DNA of 63,978 bases, counting the filler, from Welwitschia mirabilis (lineage: Eukaryota), in NCBI GenBank assembly GCA_051453625.1. It is 9 parts of one record of this genome, joined end to end, with 100 filler letters (N's around TTAATTAATTAA, not from the genome) between each part and the next. Parts side by side here need not be neighbours in the genome. Positions count along the whole stretch, not along the records: positions 33,344 to 54,686 come from JBOZIK010000001.1; positions 54,787 to 56,208 come from JBOZIK010000001.1; positions 56,309 to 60,513 come from JBOZIK010000001.1; positions 60,614 to 62,758 come from JBOZIK010000001.1; 5 more parts are not named here. The stretch is one strand, 5' to 3'. The translations under genes and the position numbers were made by a program. The notes under the pieces were generated by a model. The model was not told where the DNA came from, did no database searches, and worked only from the letters and a program-made list of their open reading frames with translations. Positions 51,128-62,858 of this stretch are shown one piece after another. Position 1 is the stretch's first letter, and each line of letters begins with the position of its first letter.

Positions 51128-54100
51128 ATACCAATAGAAGGAATTAAGGCATTACTGATGATGGTATTTCCTCTCTCAATCATAGGACATTAAATATTCA
51201 ATATGGTTAATAGGCTAGAGGAAGGATGAAGCTTTGAAGGATTAGATTAAGAATCATTGTTTGATGTATCTAAAAGATGATGTCATAAGAAATAATGATC
51301 TTATGATGCTCTAGGAGATGAAGTTGATAACCCTTTTGATTGGTTATATATCCCATAAAGATGCTAATATGAGCATGTGCTTAAATTTTTCACGATGTTT
51401 GTATGAAATATAAATGTAATACTTGCAACCGAAAATTCAAAAATGGTTTAACTTTGACTTGTATCCATATCACTTTTTAGCTGAAGATACTCCTTTTTTA
51501 GTATACCAACCCATACAATTATTATGTATACTATAGTATTCACTGCTTTACCCAAAAGGTAAGTCTTACAACCACTAAAATACATAATGGAATGATTCAT
51601 ATCCATAATAGTGTGATTAAACCACTTAGTAATTCCATTTTATTAAGGTGTTTTTGGGTAGGTCTTCAAATCTTAAATTTCCTCAAAAATAAGAAAAATC
51701 CTTGAACTTAATAGATGTATACGCACCACCATTATCTGAGGTGAAACTTTTAATTTAATAGTCAACTTGCTTTTCCACTTTAGTTTTGAACTTCTTGAAA
51801 ATATCCAAAGTCTGGGATTTGGGTTTTATGAGGTATACCAAAATCATTTTGGAATAATCATCAATGAAAGAAAAAAATCCATAGAGAGTGCAAACTGACA
51901 TAGGTCCACATAGATCACTATGAATAAGTAGAATCCTTTAATTGACATGCAATTTACATGGTGAAAAATGCTATCGAGTTTCTTTGCGCATAGTGCATGC
52001 TTCACATACAGGAAAATTCTATGGAATGGATGGAAGACATTGGTGGTCATTATCATGCATTACATTCATTGTACAAGGAGTAGAATGTGCTAGTCAAGCA
52101 TCCCACAATAGTGATAAAGAGATATTATCTTAGGAAATCATGTAAGTGATCTCTAATGTTTTAACACAACCATGAAAATGAATGAGCTTTCCATCCATGT
52201 AGCCTTTCATGATTAGTTGCTGATTACTATCATAAATATCCACTGAGTGCATTATTATAGAAATTAAGTGATATTCTCATACCAAAGTGTAAAGCCATAG
52301 AAGATGTGACCTCAAAGAACAAACACATAGAACATGAGAAATAGGCTAAAAAGACAACGGTGTTAAAATAAGGGTAACCCAACCATAGCCTTCCACTAGA
52401 ACTGCATTTCTATCTACCAAATAAACTTAACTCAGCACTTCAATGAAGTTAATAAAATAACCATGTCGGTAAGTCATGCAACGAGTTGCACTTGTGTTAA
52501 GAATCTACATGTCATCATGATATGTGCTCATTCATACCAACCAAGTCAGAATTATCTAAGACTATATTTGAATCATAATTCCTAACATCATTAGGAAAAT
52601 TAGATTCTTTAGTAATTGCATTTGTCTTAGGCCTTGTAATAATAGGGCAAGCCATTCCATATCACTAGACAAAACATTGTCTCTTAATATTATACTTTTC
52701 AGAATTAAAATAAAAATGACAGAGAGACCACAGTTTACATTCATATGAAAATTTTCTTTTAGAACTCTATGACAGCATTAATGCATGATAGAAAATTCAG
52801 TATAAACAAGTACAAATAATGAGTTGCATGAATATTATGAAAGGGATTTGATTTACAACAAGCTTTGTAATTCTCTCATAATAACATATTAAAATTTAGT
52901 GATCAATGACTATTGTGATGTGCTTTTAGTTTTATAGTTTTTTATATGATTTGATAAAGATTAATCTATTGTGTTTTTTTAAAGATATTTCTTCAAATAT
53001 GGAAAATTCTCATGATTTATCCTTTTTAGTTTTAAGATTAATATTCTTAAATCAATGAAGATTATTTATGAATTTGTAAGAAATGGGAGGTACTCAAAGA
53101 AATGAGGTTGCACATATAAATGTTATATTGCTAAAATAGGATAATGTCTGAATGTTAGCCATGTTACAAGGGACTGTAACGCAGAAATGCCATTTTCAGA
53201 GAGGTAAATAGAATTTATAAAATGTAAAATGGCCATTTTGCAAACAATATTGAAGAAATGCCATTCAGGAAGTTGTTGTAATGTGGAATGGCCATTTTGA
53301 TAAGCTAGTGATGTAGAATGACTATGCATAAATGTTTAGAAGGCATGGTATTCTGTCAATGATGCCATTTCCTAGTGCATTTCTCTATTCTAAATAAGTA
53401 CAGGGGTATAAAATTGCAAACACAAGATAAAAAAATAAAGGAACATAGGTTGGGTATTTTCAAATGCTTAGGGTTAAATTATTAAACTTGAAAAAAAAAA
53501 AAAAAGCGACCTATAAAATGCAGATATAAAAAAAATCTCTACAAATATAACATAAAAGATGATACAAAAGGGTTAACCCTAAAACTCTAAGCCGAAAACC
53601 TAAAACAACTTGTGGAAAAGGAAACATGTAAAGGCATGCATACTCCTCTGAGTCTTAAGAATCCTAGCTTAAGCTTTGATACCAATTGAAAAGATGTAGA
53701 GCAAATAAAGGAACAAGAGAGTAAACAAAAGCAAAAAAAATATTTTGTTTTTCCTCTCTATTTTATAAGAGCTTATTTGTAATTCCTAAAATTAAAATGC
53801 TTATAAGAAACTATCATTATTTTCCTTCAATGTTATTCTAAAAACTTCAATATTATTATCTGAAACACAATCATGACATACAAATAAGAGAAAAAAAAAT
53901 CCATAAATGGTATAATTGTTATGTACTAGTGCCCATGACATTTTAGGCCTCAAATAAAGTCTATCATTAGAGAATTTGCACCTACTACTACTTAATTCAA
54001 CATAAGCCCACATTTCCCCACCTTCACTCCTCTCTGATATAATGAAACGATATAAGAAGAACCAGATGGCATTCCACCATAGACTTCATGACCCATCCAC

Positions 54101-54786
54101 TCTGTATCAAACTAAAGAAAAGAGAATCAACCTATCCAAGTGGCTCTGTTCTGAGAAGCAGGCAGCACATGGCACACAGAAAACTCTTAAAATATCTCAG
54201 CAAATTATAGATATATACTTCATTATCAGCATATATTTAGCAAACTTTCTTTACCTCTGGATCATCACATATCAATTTTTTTTTTGGTACCAATTTCAGA
54301 TTATCTTTTTTTATGTGCAGCAGAGACATTAATGGTGGTTGCTATGATTAAAAGAATTATGGAAACAAAAAATGTAGATTTATAAAATAAAAAATGTACA
54401 TTGATGGTGGTTGCTATTAATGTTAAAAAGATTTATAAAATAGGAGGCAATGAAAACTATCATAACCAAAACATATAAAATGACGCTTGCACAAGGAAGG
54501 ATAGCCCAATTGGGACAACGTATTAAACAGGTTATAAAGGGAAGTAATCCAATCTTCAGGAGTTTAAAAATTAACCACATTATGAAAACAATTTCAGAGA
54601 GTTTCATAAAAGAATAGGATCCCCTTGCCTAAAGCCCCTAACACCAGGAAAAAACCCCTCCAGGCCTCCATTAATTAGCACTGAGANNNNNNNNNNNNNN
54701 NNNNNNNNNNNNNNNNNNNNNNNNNNNNNNTTAATTAATTAANNNNNNNNNNNNNNNNNNNNNNNNNNNNNNNNNNNNNNNNNNNN

Positions 54787-56208
54787 ATAAAATTAACCTA
54801 TCAGACATTTGTTATAAAAAAAATAGTTGTCAATTAAAACTGGAATGCACTGTTTATAAAAGAAATTTGGGAAAATATTTTAACGCCACTTCTAAATCAA
54901 ACTTTCATGCTTCCTATAGTGAAGCAGAAGCACAAGAATAATTTAACGTCATAACAATTGACTCCACGATCTCAACCCCTTGAACATGTTTGTTGCACCC
55001 CATGGAAAAAGAAAAAAAATTATCGTATTGTAAACTTACTCTTGTTTAAAGAATGCTTCTAAAGTGGGACGACGATGGAGTTGAGAGAACGCTCCCCCAG
55101 GCCCCTGTGAAAGACGATGCTGTCAGCATTTGACAAAAGAGGTGAAGGAAGTGTGTCGAAATGTAGAGACAAAGAGTGCAAATGAAATAAGGCAACAATC
55201 ATTGCCCATGCACTGTATTTCTCTCTTGGGTATTATGTGAAAAAAAAGTGGAATGACGAGGCGCTTCTGCACCTTTGGCTCTTTCTCAGGCCATCCATTT
55301 TTGCAAACTGCCTGAGTGTTTCGCTAGTGTTTCACAACGCCCTTAGATACATCAAATGAAAGACTGTGAATTAGTGCCTATAATTCAAAGTTGCTTTCAT
55401 GAGTCTCTTTTGCTGCTTTCATCTCCCTTCTACATCGCTTCTCCTTTGCGCCTACAGTCTAGTTACTCCGTGGCTCCGCCTCTCCTTTATGCCTGAGATC
55501 CTGCACTCACGGCCCTGCTTGCTCCACCCGCTGAAGCATGATTCCTTCAAGCAAGCAAGCATTTCTCTTGCCGGCCGCTCTCCCCCTTTTGCATCTTTCC
55601 TGCCATCTTCATTAATGACTGATGGATGCATTCATTCCTGCTCCCAGCTAACGGCAACGTCCTTCCATTAATATTTTCATCTAAAAAACTACTCCTCACA
55701 AATGCACATAAATCCATCTATAAAACTATTAAATAAAGATATAGTTTAAATACACATTTAAAATCTAATACTTTGGTTAAACTTAACTTAAATCTATCAC
55801 ATCGATATATGTGAAATATTATTAATAATGATGATAAGAGAAATTATGCATTAAAATTTGGGGTATTACATTCTCTTTCCCTTAAGAGGTTTTCATCTCG
55901 AAAAATAAGTAAATAACTTATTACTCTAATATAATCATTATTAAATTGATTAAGTAAAGGGTCCAAACCTAAGCTTAAGAAGCACGAAAAACCATGAGAA
56001 TTTTTTTTTGGTTAAACAAAATTAGCTTACAAGACACGATTAAACATTGCAGAGGATCAATTAGTTTAAAACTGAGATAATTGCCTTTCAATTACCCATA
56101 GAATACACCTTAGAAAAACTATATGGGGATAACTCACTTGATTATCATCACATTCCATCTTATGGTTATTTAGGAACACACCAGAAGGATGTGTGAGTTG
56201 TGGTCGAA
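54787..56208 (-). mobile_element. Tekay/Del-like chromovirus 3' end: PPT (55871-55884) and 3' LTR starting at 55870
   Basis: Minus strand TTTCGAGATGAAAACCTCTTAAGGGAAAGAGAA|TGTAATACCCC matches the Tekay 3' junction pattern. Confidence 0.75.
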
Positions 56209-56308
56209 NNNNNNNNNNNNNNNNNNNNNNNNNNNNNNNNNNNNNNNNNNNNTTAATTAATTAANNNNNNNNNNNNNNNNNNNNNNNNNNNNNNNNNNNN
56301 NNNNNNNN

Positions 56309-56336
56309 ATTATGCATTAAAATTTGGGGTATTACA
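56309..56336 (-). mobile_element. Outer terminus of the same Tekay-like LTR, abutting an Athila LTR
   Basis: ATTATGCATTAAAATTTGGGGTATTACA is identical to 55843-55870 but has a different flank. Confidence 0.75.
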
Positions 56337-59300
56337 GCAACCTTTGTCAAGGTTATGTATGGTTAGTTTAGGTTAGGTGCATTGTTATTTCCTTTTTCTA
56401 GATTAGTTTTGCATAATCATATTGCATTTTACTTTCATGCATTGTAAGTTGTTTCTATAGTTAAAGTACAAAGTATTTTTTTGTAAAAATCAAATCTCTT
56501 ATTCTTAACTTGGTCTTTGATGTATTACAACATTTAAATCACTCGTGTTTATATTATTATATTGTATTTGTGCATTATATTTGTGATTAATAAGATTCCA
56601 CTAAACTAAGACTGTAATATTGCATAAATATGCACCGCAACATCTTGGTGCTATTACTGGAGAAGGCTGCTTGAAGTTTGAGAGTTGTCATTGCTCTGGT
56701 GAATATTTTGGATTTTAGTTTGGGTGCTTACCTATAGTAGCATTATAATTTTATCTGCAGTGGCATAGTTTTTGCTTTTTCATAGTGTCAGTCTTTTGTT
56801 TTCAAATAAAAGTTTTTTCGTTCTGCAATAAAAAGTTTGTCATCTACTTTATCATTCAGATGATGTGTAGTAATGATGGCCTCTATGCCATGATTAATCT
56901 ATTTCTGTTTCTATCAAAAAGTTTTAGGATTTTCCCATAATCCCCTTTACTATCTAGATAACTCAAGTGGATGACAGTCTGCTTTTAGAGTTTTCTGTAT
57001 CTATCAGTTTTTTATTTTTATTTTCTGCTTTTTTTATTTTTTGTAGTTTTTATGTTTTTGTCATTTAGACTATTGTCTAGATGACTGTAGGAATGATACT
57101 CTATGCATCTGATATTGAGCATGTATGGTAAAATCTAGTAAGAAAGAAAAATACTAGAGAGAACCGCTATTTATTAAGAAAAATACCTAGGAAGATTTGA
57201 TCGACCCTAAACCTAACTCAGGTAAGCATAGCAAAGGTACATAAAATTTAGAAATTCCTACAATATTCACTTTCATTTCTTTAAGATTTAATTTTGCAAA
57301 TAAAACTTTTTGAATAATTGTATTGATGATAGTTTTTCATTTTCAACCATGTCTATCTCATCACAGAAACAAAATTACCTCATCTCGTCAAATTCACCCC
57401 TTGTTATTGGAGCCCCTACAACTACACCTGTTCAAACCAATGCCAATTTTACCCTTAGAGATCTGATTGTAAACAAGAAATGTAAAATTCAAGCCTTCTT
57501 TAACTTACCTTTTGGTGATGATGTTGAATTAAGAAACTTAAATGCATATCCTATTTTTAGTGACGAACTTGATAAATATCCCTTGTAATGCATTGCTAAC
57601 ATAGAACAATTAATCCTAACTTCTGTAAATGGTAAAAAACAAATAAGTGATGGAACATATATGGTTATCTTTCCCATCACTTTAAAAGGTAAGGATAAAC
57701 TATGGTTAAGAACGATTCCTCATAAAAGCCTAAAATCATGGAGTTAAGTTCAAGAAGCCTTTATAAAAAGATTTATAAGTGAAACCATCATCCAAAAATG
57801 TAAGAAAGAAGTTAAAAACTTCTAACAAATGTCTAATGAAAATTATGCCTCTACCTATGAAAGATTCTTTATTACTTTACATTCAAACCTTGTAGATGCC
57901 TTTTCACAAGAAGAACTAATAAACTACTTTTACAGTGGATTAAATAGTTAAATAAAGCAACTAATAAACTTTTATGTGAAGGTAATTTATTGAACTTAAT
58001 CTTGGAAAATTCTTGGAAAGTATTCGAAGAATTGGTAAAAGTGAGTCAAACATGGCCTAAACCCTCATCTAGAAAAAATAAAACTATAGGCCAAATCATT
58101 AAAGATTTTAAGGATGTTAAACATGAAAAAAATGAAATAAGAATTGAAAATTAATTAATAAATATCATAAAGGATTTCACTTCAGACTTAGAAAAGTACA
58201 TTCAAATGATTCTAGATGCAAAGGTGGTAATTAAGAAGAGTTAGTTGTAGCTCTTACCTGTGATTTGTACAAGGATAGTTATCATGTTATCAAAGAATGT
58301 CCTTTACTTCCAACTTATAAAGAAAGAATTTATGAGAAAGTATGTGCTTTCAACCAGAGGTACTCAAACTACAACCAAAACCAAAATCAAAGATAAGTTC
58401 AAAATCATAACAAACTTCCAGTTAGGATGAGTGAACAACTCAACTTTGAAAGTTTTCAAACAAATAACCCTAACTTTCAACCATTTAAGAAAAGATTTGA
58501 TAACCTGAACTTCTAATCTAACAACTCAAGTAATTAAGCAAGCTCATCCAACTTCCAAAACCAAAGTGATCCTCTTAGGGATTTCATTGAGGATTTAAGA
58601 AAAATATAAGAAACAAAAAGCTCAAACATTAAAAACCTTGCAAGTATTTTATAACAAACTATGCTTGCTAACCAAAGACCACAAGGGTTTCTTACCACTC
58701 AACCTTTACTAAACCCAAACAAAGTGAGAAAAGATTGTAAGGTAGTGACAGGAAGTGGAAATAATACAACTCCTCCCATACATGAGGCTTCTACATCATA
58801 AATTAACAAAAATAATATAGAATAGGACATACAAATCTTAGAAAATCATTCTTTCCCCTCTTCATTAAATGATAAAAAGAAAAATTCTTCACATAAGAAA
58901 CCTGCGACTCGTTGGTGAGAATGGCTAAACATAAATCCTATTTTTTATGGTCATCTAAAATCCTTAATGTAAAATGTGAGCATCAACTTATCATTTTGAA
59001 AACTTTTTCAAGTTAACCCAAAGTATTCTAAGTCATGAAAAGACCTAATTAAGAGGAAGCAAAAACATACCATCCCTAGCAAACTCTTCCTAGCTCAATC
59101 TGTTAATAACTTAGTTTGCCAAAAATGTCCAAAGTTTAAAGATCTAGGGGTAGAAACTATGAGTGTCACTTTAGAAGAAAACTGTAAGATTAAAAAAGCC
59201 TTGTTGATATTGAAACTAGTATCAACATCATGTCCTTATACATTTGTCAGAGACTTGGGTTAAAATAAAGAGTAGAGCCTACATAGATTGTTTTAGAATT

Positions 59301-60513
59301 AGCTGATATATCTGTGAAGAAATCATTAGGTGTGATTAAGGATTTGATCATTTAGATAGAAGAATATTTCTACCCTATTTATGTTGTAGTTATAGAAGTT
59401 GGGCATATAGTTGNNNNNCTTTACTTCTATATAGAGTTTTCTATGTAATATATCATTATATTATAGATATAAGAACTAGTTTGATGGAGTGTCATTTTGA
59501 AAATAAAAAGTTTTCAATAAGAGTTTTTGATGTGGCCAAAAAAGATTTAGGAAATGATTTGAGTGTGGAAAAAGAAATTAAGCCAACCTTGTTTTTATAG
59601 CATTGTCCACTTAAGGAGAAATGGTCCATGCTTTATGAATTATCATTGTTTGATAATCAATCAGAAGTAGATAACTTATGTATTTTTGAAGATCAACTTG
59701 ATTTTGACCATCTAGAAACTGACTTTTTTTTAATCTAGAGAGTAGAGAGTCTAAGTCTGTCACCTATGTAGAGTCAAAAATTTTAGTAGAACTAATATTT
59801 CCTATGTTAAGGGGGGTCATCCGCTATTGACATCTAGATGATAGTTTGAGATGATAATCTATTTTTCTGAAAACTTTATAAAAAAATAAAATTTGAATCT
59901 GAAACCTTTAGACAGGAGACTAAAATACATTTTCTTGAATAGTAGCCTAAACAAACCTTTAATCATCAACAAAAACCTTACCCCTCAATAAGAATCGAGT
60001 CTAGTATCTCTTCTTCAATCAAAGGTAAATGTATTTGCTTAGTCCCATAATGATTTGATAGCCATTACTACCTCGATTATTCAACATAAAATATAACTTA
60101 AAGAAAACACATAACCTATGAGGCAACCCTAACTTAAACTTAATTTAGCCGTTAAATAAATTATTAAGGATGAAATTGTAAAATTAATGGATGTTAGAAT
60201 CATTTATTTAATAGCTAATAGTAAGTAGATTAGCCCCTTCATGGTAGTTCTTAATAAAGATGGAAAATAGAAAATGTGTATAGACTTTAGAAAAATAAAT
60301 GAAAGTAACTAAAAAAGACCACTGTTCTTTGCTTTTTCTTGATCAGATACTTAATAGGATTTATGCTCATGCTTTTTATTATTTTCTTAGTGGATATAGC
60401 GATTATAACCAAGTTTGCATTGCTAGTGAGCACTAAGCCAAAACCACTTTTACTTCTCCTTTTGGTACTTTTTCTTTTCAACATATGTCTCTCAGGCTTT
60501 GTAATGCTTCTGG
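56337..60513 (+). mobile_element. Athila-lineage element 5' part: LTR end (to 56642), PBS tRNA-Asp (56646-56663), 5' UTR, gag-PR-RT pseudogene (57349-60513)
   Basis: CGCAACA-TCT-TGGTGCTATTACTGGAGA versus TGGCGCCGTTGCCGGGGA; gag IFPITLKGKDKLWLRTIP; PR region DLGVETMSV..KKALL; RT 60330-60513 is homologous to window 1-190. Confidence 0.9.
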
Positions 60514-60613
60514 NNNNNNNNNNNNNNNNNNNNNNNNNNNNNNNNNNNNNNNNNNNNTTAATTAATTAANNNNNNNNNNNNNNNNNNNNNNNNNNNNNNN
60601 NNNNNNNNNNNNN

Positions 60614-62758
60614 AAGGAACCATAAATTGGTAGCGCAACATAGGCACCCACTTAGCCTTTATCGGGCCCTAATAAAAACTAGGGAAAAAAACCATAATTT
60701 TAAGCCAATTTTTTTTTCAAAAGATAAATCTGGAAGTTTATAAAATAGGCTCATAAACACATCAGATGGATAGATAACAAATAATGCAGAATGTGTATGA
60801 AATTTTGAAAATTTTATCTAACGAAAGATCTTATTTAAGTTAGATTTTTTTTTTTTTTTAAAAAATAANNNNNNNNNNNNNNNNNNNNNNNNNNNNNNNN
60901 NNNNNNNNNNNNNNNNNNNNNNNNNNNNNNNNNNNNNNNNNNNNNNNNNNNNNNNNNNNNNNNNNNNNAACCCATCAAATAACCATAAATTGGTAGCACA
61001 ACATATTTCTCCCACTTAGCCTTTGTTAGTTCCTGACAAAAACAAGGAAAAACCACGAATGCAAGTAAATTTTTCTTACAAAAATCAATCTTTAAAATTA
61101 TAAAACAGGCTCAAAAAACACATCTCATAGTAAAATAACATGTGATGTATAATGTGTATGAAAACTTTAAAATTTTGTCTTATGAAAACTTTGAAATAAC
61201 TCAAAAATTATAAAAATGAGCCATAAGAATGGGTCTTGCTTCCCCAAGATAAACAATACGTCCCGTATTGGATAATAAAGCAAATAAAGCAGACAAGAGG
61301 ACAAAACGATAGGTGTTTGGGAATTTGGATAAATTTTTAAATTAAGTGTAAAAACTGAGGAAAAATGTTAAATTTGAAAAATATAGATGTATGAAATAGT
61401 CTGACAGGTAAAGAATGAGTGGACAGTGAAAATGTTTTGTCATAACATCATTTTACAACTCCAAAAGACTGAAAAATAAACATTACAAATTTATTTAAGA
61501 AAATCATTTAAGCAAGAAATCAACTCTTTATTGAAAACTAAGCAATGAAAGCGTTAAATGATAAGAAAATACAGAAATAACTTTAAAACAACTAACTGAA
61601 TCACAAAAGAAAACAAAAAGAATAGGCAAAAGGTAACATAAACAAAAAATAGCCAACCTATCTGAAATTTTAACCTAGTAGACTCCCATAAAAGAAATCA
61701 TACTATCACTTAATTTGAAAATGTACGACTTGATGTATAAAAAATACCATTCGATAAAGCAGTGGTTATTATGATGCTAAATAAATGCTTTAAACAACAA
61801 ATGATCAGACTAAAGAATTGCTTAAAAATGAACTCACCTGCCAACATCTCAAAACAAACACCTAAATCTTTAAGAAATGAAATGATCATATGAAAAGACT
61901 AAGAGTCTAGGAAATAAGCAATGCCTCTGATGACGCTAGGAACACCACTGATCCCATAGCCTCAAAGTTTAAATACAACTTTATTATCCATGATGAGGGG
62001 AGTGTAACCACTATTAGAGAAGTAAGAACCTGCGAAGCATGGTTAACTAACTTCCCAGTGGAGTTCCCACAGCTACTATATTACACTGCCAAAGGCTCCT
62101 CTTGGAAATATTTGCCCCGGTGTACTTGCAGTAGGAAATCATGGTGACCATGTTTTTGAGATATCACAAATATAAAACATCATGGTTTTTATTTTACACT
62201 TTTTTTTATAACAAAACAACATTTTACATGACCAAACACTTCAAAAGACAAAGGTAAAAGTCATAACATTAAGATAAGAAAGAACACTCTTAAACAATTT
62301 AAGACCCTTTCACCATTGAGAAAAACATCAAAAATAAAACATCTTCCTTCAATTAAAGTTCATGAATGTGTGAATGTCCTAAGATTGGATGTATCCAATC
62401 TTATCACTGAAATGCCTAAGTCAAAAGACTAGTCATGAAAATAAATACATAAGTCAAGTTTAAAAAATGATCAAGTAATGTCATAATAATCTTCCAAAGG
62501 AAAAAGCTAAAAGAAAATTCAGATGGTTTGCTCATGTAATTTTGAATTTTTGCCCATCGACTTCCTGAAATTCTCAAGTAGTCAAGTCAGAAATCTCAAC
62601 ATAGTCATAAAAATGTATTTTCTTAAACAAAAATCAATATTTTATTGACTATCGTCTAGCTCGTCGTCTAGACAATAGACAGGACGACAAAGGCAGAAAA
62701 ATAGAAAATTATTAGAAAACATAGAAAAATATTAAAAAGCTTGAAAAATCAATAAAAT
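60614..62758 (-). mobile_element. Athila-family 3' internal region: integrase tail, conserved non-coding block, duplicated PPT/LTR junction
   Basis: 62630-61750 (-) is colinear with ~2260-3200 (e.g. CAGTGGTGTTCCT..CATCAGA.GCATTGCTTATTTC.TAGACTCTTAGT); LTR-start motifs TGTTGYGCTACCAATTTATGG at 61003 and 60640. Confidence 0.85.
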
Positions 62759-62858
62759 NNNNNNNNNNNNNNNNNNNNNNNNNNNNNNNNNNNNNNNNNN
62801 NNTTAATTAATTAANNNNNNNNNNNNNNNNNNNNNNNNNNNNNNNNNNNNNNNNNNNN

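Larger units (their letters stand above)
44200..53684 (-). mobile_element. Older Ty1/copia element (host of the nested copia), with PBS-Met at 53673-53684 and an RT/RNase H deletion
   Basis: TGGTATCAAAGC (-); integrase LIHSDLCGP and FTSDNGGAYTS at ~51700-51930; continues left of 44717 with KPTSFKD..AMKEKYYALIQNSTWAL. Confidence 0.75.

Noticed and set aside
55399..55671. 90-aa ORF in a GC-richer stretch
   Set aside because: Lies within the Tekay-like LTR and has no recognisable domain.
56646..56663. tRNA gene
   Set aside because: Only the 18-nt primer-binding complement is present; no cloverleaf.
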